Assembly: GCF_006345805.1 (NCBI RefSeq) | Contig: NC_043019.1 | Coordinates: 4,773,360 to 4,837,359 of the forward strand | DNA length: 64,000 bases | Source of the DNA: Octopus sinensis | Taxonomy: Eukaryota | Direction of reading: 5' to 3' | The notes under the pieces: generated by a model | Database searches by the model: none | Told to the model about the DNA's origin: nothing | The model's input: only the letters and a program-made list of their open reading frames with translations | Position numbers and translations under genes: made by a program | Shown here: positions 46,701 through 59,803 of the stretch, piece by piece | Numbering within the stretch: position 1 is the stretch's first letter | Layout: each line of letters begins with the position of its first letter

Positions 46701-47439
46701 TAATAATGATAAAAAAACAAAAATAGTAAAATTAACAACAACAGTAACAACAACAACAACTGCTTTGGTCATCAAAATTCAATTGGTATTTGTTTCCTTG
46801 GGACTAGACGTTTAAATATTTGCATCACACACATTGTGACAGAGAAATGACCGAGAAGGAAAAGGAAAAGGTGATATGTAAACCGAAAGTAGAAAAAACT
46901 ATTTGTGCAACGAAAGGCCGATATGTAGTTGGCTTTTATTAAGATAAATGATTACGTCTGGATGGTCAGGTGGAACCACTTCAGTATGTGCTCTCATTTG
47001 CTTTCGTTTGTTTTTCTTCTTCTTTTTTTTCATAGGTAGGCGCTGTGAAACGACGTTATAGATAGAATGTGAAAGGAAGGGAGGAAAGAGAGTGAGTGAT
47101 ATTTTTTGCTTTCTTCAAATTTTTAGGAAAGAGTAATAATACATAGGAATGTTTTAAGAGAGGAAAATAATGTAATTTAGCATCAACTATATTGCACACG
47201 TGTACACATTTATTAACTAATCACGTCTGCAGTTCGTATAGATGATGAAAATTGATGTAGAGCTGTTGGAAGTGTCATCGTATAAATAACCGCAGATGCG
47301 AATAATTGTTAAAGCAAAAGAAAAAACTAAGGATAAAAAAACATGTCCTATTAACACAAGCACACACAAACCTAGACTATGAGAAGCACGAACACTTATA
47401 CATATATATAAAATATTTTGACAGCTTTTGTATATATAC

Positions 47440-48026
47440 GCAGGAGTGGCAGTGTGGTAAGTAGATTGTTAACCAACCACGTGGTTCCGGGTTCATCCCA
47501 CTGCGTGGCATCTTGGGCAAGTGTCTTCTGCTATAGCCTCGGGCCGACCAATGCCTTGTGAGTGGATTTGGTAGACGGAAACTGAAAGAAGCCTGTCGTA
47601 TATATGTATATATATATACATGTAGGAGTGGATTGTGTGGTAAGTAGCTTGCTTACCAACCACATGGTTCCGGGTTCAGTCCCACTACGTGGCATCTTGG
47701 GCAAAGTGTCTTCTGCTATAGCCCCCGGGCCGACCAATGCCTTGTGAGTGGATTTGGTAGACGGAAACTGATAGAAGCCTGTCGTATATATGTATATATA
47801 TATATATATATGCGTGTGTTGTGTGGTGTTTGTCCCCCTAGCATTGCTTGACAACCGATGCTGGTGTGTTTATGTCACCGTTACTTAGCGGTTCGGCAAA
47901 AGAGACCGATAGAATAAGTACTGGGCTTACAAAAGAATAAGTCCCGGGGTCGATTTGCTCGACTACAGGCGGTGCTCCAGCATGGCCGCAGTCAAATGAC
48001 TGAAACAAGTAAAAGAGTAAAGAGTA
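47440..48026 (+). mobile_element. SINE-A 5' half (47440-47620) followed by a full SINE-A (47622-48026)
   Basis: Two heads in tandem. Confidence 0.9.
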
Positions 48027-48211
48027 AAGGCGTTGAAAGGCATCACTTCACGAGAGTTCTAGGACTGCTTTGAACAGTGGAAAATGCATCTGGACTGATG
48101 CATTGCTTCAAATGGAGAATACTTTGATGGCGATAAAAGTGTTAACATGTAAAACTGAGTGAAGAAAATAATACTGCAAATTTCCGGTTTCTGTTGGATA
48201 CCCACCTCGTA
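48027..48211 (+). mobile_element. mariner C-terminal remnant and TIR
   Basis: ALKGITSREF*DCFEQWK...CIASNGEYFDGDK; ends CCCACCTCGTA. Confidence 0.6.
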
Positions 48212-48212
48212 T

Positions 48213-48611
48213 TACTCTCTCTCTTTTACTTGTTTCAGTCATTTGACTGCGGCCATGATGGAGCACCGCCTTTAGTCGAGCAACTCGACCCCGGAACTTA
48301 TTCTTTTTGTAAGCCTAGTACTTATTCTATCGGTCTCTTTTGCCGAACCGCTAAGTAACGGGGACGATTCCCAGACCGGGTGTTGTGAGTGTTTATTGAG
48401 CGAAAACACCTAAAAGCTCCACGAGGCTCCGGCAGGGGGTGGTGATCCCTGCTGTACTCTTTCACCACTCTTTCTCCCACTCTTTCTAGTGGTGGCCTGC
48501 TCGCTTAGCCAGCGGGGTGGCGTCATTCGAAGGCTAAAACAATGCGAACGCACTGTGACCAGCGATGTGTAACAACATCTGATGGTCTGGTCGGTCACGT
48601 GATCACGTGAT
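48213..48611. mobile_element. SINE-A 3' part (minus, 48213-48365) joined to headless SINE-C with tail 4 (plus, 48366-48611)
   Basis: Junction GGGGAC|GATTCCCAGACC. Confidence 0.8.
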
Positions 48612-48694
48612 ATATATATATATATATATATACATACATACATATATATATATATATGTATGTATGTATGTCTGTATGTATGTATGTATGTATA

Positions 48695-48818
<124 letters not shown>

Positions 48819-49214
48819 CAAACAGACAGAGAGAGAAACAAACAAACAGATTCAAAAAGTGAGAAGGGGAGACAGAAAGCCAGATCTAGCCGAGTGTTTA
48901 AGTTTGGAGGACGCTGTACTGTTTCGTACTAAAAACATTGAGTGTCACCGAGTTCTAAATACTTACTGTTATTCATAAGTCAACTACTGTCCACAGAGTG
49001 TTAGAAAACTGTCTGTTTCGTTACATTACAGTCCTCACTTCACACCATGTCAATTTATGGGGATTATTTTCCTAAGAGTTTGATTTCCAGCCGTCAGCAG
49101 ATCCCTATATTGCTGGAAAAATTCTCTTTTTCTTTGATTTGTTTCATTGACTGGTTTGACTCATCGGATTGTAGCCATGTTAGGGCACAACATCCAAACG
49201 GTTTTTATCGATTA

Positions 49215-49518
49215 CTAGCAGTATCGCCCGGCGTTGCTCGGGTTTGTAAGGGAAATAACTATATAAGCATTTTTAAAGAGTTACTTCCCTTATACAAACC
49301 GAGCAAAAAATGCATTAAAAATGAGGAAAATTGATAGTAAATTTTTTTTTAATCGTAGACTCATCGTAGACGCGCGCTAATACCCAGAAGGGTTCGATAT
49401 GAATCACGACTATAAGATACCCGGTTTTGGTTAAACTGCACCGCAAAATGTGGGAGTAGTTAGGAATCTAAATAGGAGGAGACAGACTCTCACACAACTT
49501 CAGTTTTATATATAAAGA
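49215..49518 (-). mobile_element. Non-autonomous Helitron, 304 bp, same family as 37170-37668
   Basis: Same termini A|TC ... hairpin-CTAG|T; internal repeat in a single copy. Confidence 0.85.
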
Positions 49519-49667
49519 TATCCTTCCTAGTGTTTCATCTGGTGCTTATTTCGGCGTTCTTCAAAGATACAAAATGCGGGTGGACATTAACCTTAAAATA
49601 AAATAACGTAGTCTCACATCAGTTACCGGTTCTCGCCCCATACTTATAAAATACGGTCCCCTTATAT

Positions 49668-49727
<60 letters not shown>

Positions 49728-50018
49728 TATATACACATATATATATATATATATCTATACATATATATAATATAATATATACATATATACAAATATGTAC
49801 ATACATACATATATATGTATATAGATATTCATATATGGGTGCAGGACATCACAAAACGTAAACAACATGAAGTACGAAAATAAAGTTGGGTACGCAAACA
49901 ACGAGAGAAACAAATGGAAAACAATACAAGTAACATAAAGAACGACCCTTCATCAGTTTTAGGCTGTCCTTCTACTCCTTATTTCGAGCAATGAACGGCG
50001 AGAACCGGTAACTGATCT

Positions 50019-50775
50019 GAGAGTGGTAAGGATCTGGAGGATCTTGTCCTGCTGGTCAAGAAAGAGAGTGAGAAATTAGGGCTGTACCTCAATGTTAAGA
50101 AAACGAAGATCATGTCAACAGCAGCCACAACAAACATCAGCATCAAGATCGATAATGAAGAGATTGAAGTGGTTGATGATTTCATCTTCCTTGGCTCCAA
50201 AATAATTCGAGATGGTGACTGCACTCCAAAAATAAGACAGCGGACAGTATTAGGCAGAGAGGCAATGGTCAGCATGAGCAGGGTCTGGAAGAGTAGAGAC
50301 ATCAGACTCGCTACCAAATGCAGATTGGTGAATGCAATTGTCTTCCCAATAGCAACATATGGATGCGAGACCTGGACACTAAAGAAAGCTGACCGGAAGA
50401 GAATTAACGCATTCGAGCTTTGGTGTTGGAGAAGACTTTTACGGATTCCATTGACAGCGAGGCTCACCAATGGAGAAGTTCTTAAGCAGATCATGCCGAA
50501 AATGTCGCTAGAAGCTGGGATCACCAAGCGTAGATTGGCATATTTCGGTCATATTATGCGGAGAAAATCCCTGGAGAAGGACATCATGCTCGGAATGGTC
50601 AGTGGCAAGAGAGGAAGAGGCCGACCAAGAACCCGCTGGCTTGACACCATCAAGAGTGATACCGGAATGGATATGGCCAATCTGAAGAAAGCGGCCCTGG
50701 ATAGAACTGACTAGAGGACACTGATCCAACGAGTGACCGAGAGTCGACTTCGACTGAGCGGATAGAGAGAGAGAG
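50019..50775 (+). mobile_element. RTE-clade LINE, 5'-truncated (RT thumb and C-terminus)
   Basis: ESGKDLEDLV...LNVKKTKIM, FIFLGS, YGCETWT, YFGHIMRR, GKRGRGRPRTRWLD; (GA)n tail. Confidence 0.92.
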
Positions 50776-51017
50776 CCTTGTTTTCCATTTGTTTCTCTCG
50801 TTATTTGCGTACCCAAATATATTGTGTATATATATATATATAAAATTAAGATGAAGGTGAAAAATTGGATATTAATTTGATAACATCAATTTTAATACCA
50901 GTGGTCCAGCATATAAAAAAACTGATGTTCAGTAAATAGTATTACATAAAAATATAAGATAGTGGTAAAATTCCCTCTATGTGTATATATATTATAAATA
51001 TATATATATTATATATA

Positions 51018-51059
<42 letters not shown>

Positions 51060-51325
51060 ATATATGTATGTATGTATGTATGATGTATGTATGCATGTAT
51101 GTATATATATATGCATATATATATGTATGCATTTTATATGTATATACATATATATACACTAGCTGACGTATCTGGTATTTCTCGGGAAAGCGTAGCTTAT
51201 CTCTTGGTCCCGTTCTCATAATAGTTTCGCTAATCCAATAACAACAATACATAGTATGTAGCCCTTAGCACGGTTTTTGTGCATTTACAGAGAATGCACA
51301 CACACACACACACACACACACACGT

Positions 51326-51598
51326 CCCAGTGGTTATGGCAGCGAACTTGCGGTCGTAGGATCGCGGTTTCGATTCCCAGACCGAGCGTTGTGAGTGTTT
51401 ACTGAGCGAAAACACCTAAAGCTCCACGAGGCTCTGTTGTACCTGTATTTGAAAGGGCCAGTCTTATCACACTCTGTGTCACGCTGAATCTCCCCAAAAA
51501 CTACGTTAAGGGTACACGTGTCTGTGGAGTGCTAAGCCACTTGCACGTTAATTTCACGAGCAGGCTGTTCCTCGTCGTCGTAACCGACGGAGTGCCAC
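51326..51598 (+). mobile_element. SINE-C tail type 1, with deletions
   Basis: Consensus match. Confidence 0.8.
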
Positions 51599-51606
51599 GA
51601 TTATAA

Positions 51607-51678
<72 letters not shown>

Positions 51679-51709
51679 GTAAATAGATAGATAGATAGAT
51701 AGGTAAATT

Positions 51710-51779
<70 letters not shown>

Positions 51780-51852
51780 TCGTTAAAAAAAGCCGCAATA
51801 ATTATGCGCCATACCCTTAAAGCCAAGAACTTTTCAGCAGCCCCTCTTATAT

Positions 51853-52075
51853 TACTCTCTTTTACTCTTTTACTTGTTTCAGTCAGTTGACTGCAGCCAT
51901 GCTGGAGACCGCCTTTAGTCGAGCAACTCGACCCCGGAACTTATTCTTTTTGTAAGCCTAGTACTTATTCCATCGTTCTCTTTTGCCGAACCGCTAAGTG
52001 ACGGGGACATAAACACACCAGCATCGGTTGTCAAGCAATGCTAGGGGGACAAACACAAACACACAAACACATACA

Positions 52076-52118
<43 letters not shown>

Positions 52119-52281
52119 GACAGGCTTCTTTCAGTTTCCGTCTACCAAATCCACTCACAAGGCTTTGGTCGGCCCGAGGCTATAGTAGAAGACACTTTGC
52201 CCGAGGTTCCACGCAGTGGGACTGAACCCTGAACCATGTGGTTGGTTAGCAAGCTACTTACCACACAGCCACTCCTGCGCC
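51853..52281 (-). mobile_element. SINE-A, full length
   Basis: Consensus match. Confidence 0.9.
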
Positions 52282-52282
52282 A

Positions 52283-52645
52283 TATTGCTGAAATCACTCA
52301 GGAAAAGATTATGGAACTAAATATGGAACCTTTTCCTAGTCCTCCCTATTATCCTGATCTTGTTTCATCTGGCTATCTTCTATTCAGATCATTGCAATGT
52401 TATTCAAAAGACAAATAGTTTATTTATCGTGAAGAAGTAAAAATAATTATATCGAGAGTTTCTTTGCTTCAAAACCTGAGAAATTTTTCGCTCGAGGGAT
52501 TAACAGTTTTCCAAATAGATCAGATTAAATTATCAATAATGAGGTGAAATATTATCTTGGCTAAATATTACAATTAAAGCCAAAGAAGTATTTGTTACTT
52601 TCCCATCTTGAAATGCAACAAGACTATCTTTCCAATCTTAAATAT
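52283..52645 (+). mobile_element. Decayed mariner transposase C-terminal fragment
   Basis: TQEKIMELNMEPFPSPPYYPDLVSSGYLLFRSLQ resembles HPPYSPDLAPSDYHLFRSLQ. Confidence 0.7.
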
Positions 52646-52748
52646 CACTACCGACCTTACCAGCAATCCCTTCCTGTACATAAGCGATCTACAACGTCCG
52701 AGTTGATTGAATGAGATTTCCTTTTCATCTAAATCACACACCAATATA

Positions 52749-53284
52749 TTGGGTTGTCCGGAAAGTTCGTGCCGATTTATAGTAGCTTACCTTTCGACTT
52801 ATTTTATAACATGGTTGAGTCCATAAAATAGGATTTGACTACACCTCCGTTTAGAGCACAGTTTAAGCTATCTTTTCGTGGAAGAAGGTTTATATTCCTA
52901 TAACCTGTGTTAATTCTGTAACCCTTTAAAATGGAAGATAAGAAAGTTCATTTTCGGCACTTGATTCTTTGGGAACCAGACAAAAATTGCTCCAGCTTGG
53001 CTGGGATGTGTTACCCCACCCTCCATATTCACCAGATATTGCTCCTTCGGATTTCTACTTATTCAGTCTCTGCAGAATTGTCTTAATGGTAAGAATTTTC
53101 AATTCCTTGGATAACGTGAAAAGATACCTTGATGAATTCTTTGCCATGAAACCACCTCAATTCTGGGAAGAGGGTATTGTGCAACAAACTGGTTCATATT
53201 TGGTTGATTAAAAATGTAATGGCAAGTATTTATTGACGTTTTTCTTTCCTTTAAAAATCGGCACGAACTTTCCAGACAACCCAA
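52749..53284 (+). mobile_element. Internally deleted mariner element with TIRs and TA TSD
   Basis: TA|TTGGGTTGTCCGGAAAGTTCGTGCCGATTT ... AAATCGGCACGAACTTTCCAGACAACCCAA|TA; MEDKKVHFRHL fused to LGWDVLPHPPYSPDIAPSDF. Confidence 0.92.
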
Positions 53285-53615
53285 TAAATACTTCAGAAAG
53301 CTAACCACAGCTCCTCACCAGATATTACTTTCTCTTCACTCATACCGAGATAGTAGAGCTATATGACTAACATAACTTGCCTAACAGACTCGTACATCTC
53401 TTAACAAAACATACAAGCTACAGAAACTTCAAACTCTCAACCGATAATCAAAGAAGTTTTAGTTGTGGCCATTTATATAGAGGGAAAATATATCAAAGAG
53501 TACATTATTTGCTGCAGTGGTTTTCAACCGGGATCCATATAACCGCTGGGGGTTCATCTCAGTATACTGCTACCTGGTTCCGGTTAAATTTATGTGTGTG
53601 TGTGTGTGTGTATGT

Positions 53616-54094
53616 AACCGGCAACCCCACCAAGCTTGCTTGGTGAGGAGGGTGTTTATTGGACACCCTGCGGGATGAAAAACAAAACCCGTCAAACGGC
53701 GGAGGAAGTCTTCAGAGTCAACGGCCATCCAATAAATGTCTTAAGGCTGGATCATGCGTGGGGACATAGAAATAATCGGACTGAAAACCCGATCGCGCGG
53801 TTAAACCATTGGGAGTGTAGGACTCCGAGCCTTTGTTAGGACATCCTTCTAGGAGAAGGTAACTCAGGGAACTGGGATAACTCCGACATAAAACCTGCGG
53901 CTCAGTGGTTACCGATGATGTTGACTTGTTCTTCTTTTCGGATTATGGCTGCTGTTGCTTAGTGAGTGGGATTGACTCAGTGCACAGCCTTTCCTCACTT
54001 TAAAAGAAATCTTCTTGCACAGGCATTGCACGATAACAACATTGATTAAGCTTCGTGCAATGGCCATACTAGATAACGAGGGGGCAGCCACCAT
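53616..54094 (+). mobile_element. Family G, longer copy, flanked by (TG)n/(TATG)n
   Basis: Shares its 3' about 245 bp with 46291-46534; structured 5' end. Confidence 0.7.
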
Positions 54095-54671
54095 GTATGT
54101 GTGTATGTGTGCGTGTGTGTGTGGGGGGGAGTGTCAAACTTTTGACTGTATGTGTGTATAAAGAATAAAACACAAGTGATGCGACTATATACGTGTGTAT
54201 GAAAGAGAGGGGAGAGAGAGGAGGAGGAGAAAGAGATGAAGCATCTCTCTCTATATAAATCTGAAATACGTGCTTGGAAGGAACGACTCCGTATAATGAG
54301 AAACTGTTGAGACTATTTACATACGTGTGTGTGTGCGTGTGTGTGTGTGTGTGTGTGCATGTGTGTGAATGCGTGTGTGTGTGTGTGTGTGTGCGTGTGT
54401 GTGTGTGTGCATGTGTGTGAATGCGTGTGTGCGCGTGTGTGTGAATGTGTGTGTGTGTGTGTGCGCGTGTGTGTGCGTGTGTGTGAATGTGTGTGTGTGT
54501 GTGTGCGTGTGTGTGAATGTGTGTGTGTGTGCGTGTGTGTGTGTGTGTTTGCGTATAAGAAATGAAGAATAATAAGACTGTTAAAACAGGAGTTCCCTCT
54601 ATTTTTCTTACCCTCCCCTCCAGTCTCTCTTTCTCGCCCTCTTTTTCCACTTTCTCTCTCTTTCTTTCACA

Positions 54672-54706
<35 letters not shown>

Positions 54707-54871
54707 ACTCACGCCCCCGCGCGCGCTACAGTAGAACACGATTTAAAATGGCGACTAAATCCTTTGTTGAATTAATGAGGAAATATGTTCGTCACATGAC
54801 GCTGAATAAACTAATAGAATGTTCGCAGGAGAAATGTAGCAAATATTCTTCATTTACATCTCTTTTCACGC

Positions 54872-54902
<31 letters not shown>

Positions 54903-54903
54903 G

Positions 54904-54935
<32 letters not shown>

Positions 54936-54955
54936 GTCATCGTCATCATCATCAA

Positions 54956-55002
<47 letters not shown>

Positions 55003-55079
55003 ACATCATCATCATCATCATCGTCGTCGTCATCATCAATATCATCATCATCATCATCAACATCATCATCATCAACATC

Positions 55080-55110
<31 letters not shown>

Positions 55111-55265
55111 ACATCATCATCAACATATTCATCATCATCATCGTCATCATCATCATCATCATCATCAATCATCATCATCATCATCATCATCATCAATCCC
55201 TTCATCATCATCATCACTGCCACCATGACCATCATCACTGCCACCATGACCATCACCACCTTCAC
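54095..55265. repeat. (TG)n, (CT)n and (CAT)n microsatellites with short unique spacers
   Basis: Direct reading; explains the poly-D/S/M ORFs. Confidence 0.9.
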
Positions 55266-55690
55266 TGCCAATAATGATCAGTAAGAGAAGCAGCATTTGG
55301 GTGATATACTTAACAGAGTGGCGCGCATGCTCTTCCTGGTGTTATTCGGTCACTTACGTCTCTTCTCGATGCGAGTTCAAGTCCCACCTGAACCAATATT
55401 GCCCTTCTTCATTCTGGCAGGATTGAAGGGAGGTCGATATAAAAAAAAATTATCGATTAACCCGTAGAATCAATCAATTAAACGAATTCACTCCCCACTT
55501 CATTCTACCAACAAAAAAAACGTGTGACCTAATAACCTTATGTGATCACGTGACTATGTGAGAAACCATTTTTAATTTGAACCAAACAAAGACTATTTAC
55601 AGCAATAATTCTAATCCGGGACCCATACGGCCCTTTTTGATCCTTCTCTAGCACAGCTAGGTCAAGGAATTCTTAAGGTTGTCCTTAATA

Positions 55691-56130
55691 GGCGCAGGAG
55701 TGGCTGTGTTGTAAGTAGCTTGCTTACGAACCACATGGTTCCGGGTTCAGTCCCACTGCGTGGCACCTTGAGCAAGTGTCTTCTACTATAGCCTCGGGCC
55801 GACCAAAGCCTTGTGAGTGGATTTGGTAGACGGAAACTGAAAGAAGCCCGTCGTATGTGTGTGTGTGTGTGTGGTGTGTGTGTGTCTGTGTGTGTGTCTG
55901 TGTATTTGTGTGTGTATATGTTTGTGTGTCTGTGTTTGTCCCCCAACATCGCTTCACAACCGATGCTGGTGTATTTACGTCCCCGTAACCTAGCGGTTCG
56001 GCAAAAGAGACCGCTAGAATAAGTACTGGGCTTACAAAGAATAAGTCATGGGGTCGATTTGCTCGACAAAAGGCGGTGCACCAGCATGGCCACAGTCAAA
56101 TGACTGAAACAAGTAAAAGATTAAAAGAGT
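55691..56130 (+). mobile_element. SINE-A, full length
   Basis: Consensus match. Confidence 0.9.
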
Positions 56131-56297
56131 AATCCCTAAATTCGTCTGGAATAAGCTGCTCAGTTGGTCTTCGTCGGCACCGCTCAGAGTTTCTTCGAGA
56201 TCGTTGGCTCTCATACCCTCAACTATCACACCTACTGAATGCTTGTTTAGACGTTCCACTGACAGCATTACTCGCTTGATAGAGAACTGTGAGTCTC

Positions 56298-57094
56298 TAT
56301 TTCTTTACTACCCACAAGGGGCTAAACACAGAGAGGACAAACAAGGACAGACAAACGGATTATTAAGTCGATTAAAGTCGACTGATTATATCGACCAGTG
56401 GTAATTGGCACTTATTTAATCGACCCCGAATGGATGAAAGGCAAAGTCGACCTCGGCGGAATTTGAACTCGGAACGTAACGGCAGACGAAATACCTATTT
56501 CTTTACTGCCCACAAGGGGCTACACATAGAGGGGACAAACAAGGACAGACACACGGAGTAAGTCGATTATATCGACCCCAGTGCGTAACTGGTACTTAGT
56601 TTATCGACCCCGAAAGGATGAAAGGCAAAGTCAACCTCGGCGGAATTTGAACTCGGATCGTAACGGCAGACGAAATACCTATTTCTTTACTGCCCACAAG
56701 GGGGTAAATACAGAGGGGACAAACAAGGACAGACAAACAGATTAAGTCGATTACATCGACCCCAGTGCGTAACTGGTACTTATTTAATCGACACCGAAAG
56801 GATGAAAGGCAAAGTTGACCTCGGCGAAATTTGAACTCAGAAAGGAACGGCAGACGAAATACCTATTTCTTTACTGCCCACAAGGGGCTAAACACAGAGA
56901 GGACAAACAAGGACAGACAAAAGGATTAAGTCGATTATATCGACCCCAGTGCGTAACTGGTACTTAGTTTATCGACCCCGAAAGGATGAAAGGCAAAGTT
57001 GACCTCGGCGGAATTTGAACTCAGAAAGTAGCGGCAGACGAAATACCGCTAAGAATTTCGCCCGGCGTGCTAACATTTCTGCCAGCTCGCCGCC
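56298..57094 (-). mobile_element. SINE-B 4-mer with probable TSD
   Basis: Junctions at about 56495, 56679 and 56863; AGAACTGTGAGT (56283-56294) vs AGAGCTGTGAGT (57097-57108). Confidence 0.9.
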
Positions 57095-57149
57095 TTAGAG
57101 CTGTGAGTACCTGATAACATTCTACATGACAGCCACACAATCTTAATCT

Positions 57150-57385
57150 ACGCGATACTCAGGAACTGCTGCTTCGTAAAAAAAAAGAAAGACAAGCGGT
57201 TGAAAAGCGTGTTGCACATACGCTTCCCACACCTTCACATCGTCCAGGAATTTGTGCCGATGTTGCACTCTCAACGTGTGCCTGCGTCTCATCAAACACA
57301 ACATTTCGGGTTCCCTGTGTTGATGGCCCTTCCGACACACAGAACCTAACCCTTCCACAAGAAATGCAAGCAGGCGTTCTATGGC
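57150..57385 (-). mobile_element. Possible Tx1/L1-like ORF2 C-terminal remnant
   Basis: HFLWKG then LMRRRHTLRVQH...VWEAYVQHAFQPLVFL; resemblance judged from memory. Confidence 0.4.
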
Positions 57386-57425
57386 AAGGAACGATTGTCA
57401 GACGCTATTAAATTACAGAGTTTAT

Positions 57426-57741
57426 GTTGTTGTTGTTGTTTTGTTCCTTCTCGAGACACGCCTGGCTCATAAGGGCCGGTTTCCCGGTTTCCTTGGCGTA
57501 TAGGTTCCCCACCTGAACGGGACGCCGGTCCGTCTCACAGGTGAGCTGCAAGATGCAGGAGGAAAGAGTGAGAGAAAGTTGTGGCGAAAGAGTCAGCAGA
57601 AGTTCGCCATTGCCTTCTGCCGGAGCTGCGTGGTGCGTAGGTGTTTCGCTCATAAACACACACATCGCCCGGTCTGAGATTCGAACCGGCGATCCCTCGA
57701 CCGCGAGTCCGCTGCTCTAACCACTAGGTCATGTGCCTCCA
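57426..57741 (-). mobile_element. SINE-C variant type 3
   Basis: Matches 10379-10672. Confidence 0.85.
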
Positions 57742-58374
57742 TACAGAGTTTATGTAAGCGTTCATGACCTTTATATGACCTTTCAGCGATAGCTTCTTTT
57801 CAGTTCATTTCTGAGTGAAATTAACAACGTACCCGTAACTTCATCCTAGTTCTTATTCACCTGCAGATACGACCCGAACCAGACCCAAGGTAGTTTAATC
57901 CGACCGTTGATCCTGTCACGGATGGCACACAGCCGATAGACGCAGATTAGCATACCGGACACAATACTTGGCGGCATTTCGTCCGTCTTTATATTCTGAG
58001 CTGAAATTCAACTGAGGTCATTTTGCCGTTCGTCCCTCTAGAGTCTAGCTTTTACGATGCTATCAACAACCCACCTCGCCTCAAAATTGCTGGTTCTGTA
58101 GCTAAATCAGAGACAATCAATTATCACCGGCTTTTATACCTCAAACTTTAACGAGGCTTATTGAAATCAAAATGTCTGCGACGCAATATTTTCGAAAAAC
58201 ATGAACAATTATTCAATTCCCAAAACGTCATGACGATCGGGTCTCAGCTGAAACTGTCAACAACTGAATTTGCTTCGACAACAAAACTATACAATGGGGA
58301 TTAGCTAACCGCACTTCCGAAATGTAGTAGGCTTGGTTGTCATTTGCAATGATGATGATGATGATGATGATAAC

Positions 58375-58422
<48 letters not shown>

Positions 58423-58621
58423 TGAGAAGAAGCATTGTCGATGTGAGAACTATTATACCCATGTATTTTAATTTACTTTATTCTATAAAAAAAAAAAAAA
58501 TGAACGAACTAGTGAGTTTAGTCTAATGCCTACCAATGTATACTATGAGTTTCTTTGCCTAGGAGTCGGGAAGACACTCGGCAAGAAATGGAAGCAAATT
58601 TGAAGAAGAAGAAAAACCATA

Positions 58622-58666
<45 letters not shown>

Positions 58667-58671
58667 TAATA

Positions 58672-58707
<36 letters not shown>

Positions 58708-58714
58708 TAATAAT

Positions 58715-59260
58715 GCAGTACCAGGCAGTGGCTCTCATGGCTTCTGATCTTAACTGATTGGAAGTGTTATCATGTACATTGTTTTGTCTTGGTATAAAAG
58801 ATGGGCTACAGCAAATATTCTGCTCAATGCCACAGATTTGCTTGTCAGTTGTTTGACCTTAACCAGTTGAGCATGTCCCTTAGTGACTGACGATATGTGC
58901 ATCTCTGATCATGAGCAGAAGTAGTTGGGGAGCATCATAGCCATGTGTTGAGAGGGATTCTTTGGGGTTTGAATAGTTCACCTCTGGAAACATGGGTGGT
59001 TCTTTCAATCATCCTTAAACAACCCTTATTCAGGGACCTTTTGAGCAGGATGGGTTACTCGACCAGAAGAAAGTGCTAACTGGGCCCCACCTGCTAGGTC
59101 ATGTGCTGTTTATCTTGATATGAGATCACCATGTCGCGCACATATGGTTGTGATGCATGTGCCTGGTGTACCCTTATCAGACGGGTAGTCATGATGGGTA
59201 TTTTGGGCTTCATATATTTGTACCCCAGTGTCACTTTGACGGCATGCGTTGCTCTCACTC
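58715..59260 (+). mobile_element. Family F, apparently full length (546 bp), inside (TAA)n
   Basis: Preceded by (TAA)n at 58620-58714, followed by AATAATGATG; its 3' 235 bp match rc of 2843-3080. Confidence 0.75.
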
Positions 59261-59264
59261 AATA

Positions 59265-59311
<47 letters not shown>

Positions 59312-59391
59312 GGTGGTGGTGATGATGATGATGATGACGACGACGACAACAACAACAATGATAATAGTAATAATGATATTCCTTTCTATTA

Positions 59392-59761
59392 TAGGCACAA
59401 GGCCTGAAATTTTGGGGAAGGGACCTAATCGATTACATCGACCCCAGTGCGTAATTGGTACTTAATTTATCGACCCCAAAGGATGAAAGGCAAAGTCGAC
59501 CTCGGCGGAATTTGAACTCAGAACATAAAGACAGACTAGATACCTATTTATTTACTACCCACAAGGGGCTAAACACAGAGAGGACAAACGGATTAAGTCG
59601 ATTATATTGACCCCAGTGCGTAACTGGTACTTATTTAATCGACCCCGAAAGGATGTATGGCAAAGTCGACCTCGACGAAATTTGAACTCAGAACGTAACG
59701 GCAGACGAAATACGGCTACGCGTTTCACCCGGCGTGCTAACGTTTCTGCCAACTCACCGCC
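59392..59761 (-). mobile_element. SINE-B dimer; the 3' unit has tail 2
   Basis: Junction at about 59544; head end at 59761. Confidence 0.85.
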
Positions 59762-59764
59762 TTG

Positions 59765-59803
<39 letters not shown>

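Noticed and set aside
49950-49985. CTGATGA and GAAA on minus strand
   Set aside because: Order and pairing do not give a hammerhead of any type
50112-50714. Functional RT gene or host protein
   Set aside because: 5'-truncated just after the catalytic motif region, with upstream frameshift; retrocopy fragment
52969-53211. Host SETMAR-like gene
   Set aside because: Frameshifted, internally deleted and bounded by TIRs with TA TSD; no SET domain
57876-57900. 23-nt micro-exon-like segment CTGCAG|ATACG...CCAAG|GTAG
   Set aside because: Splice-like dinucleotides this short are expected by chance; no other support
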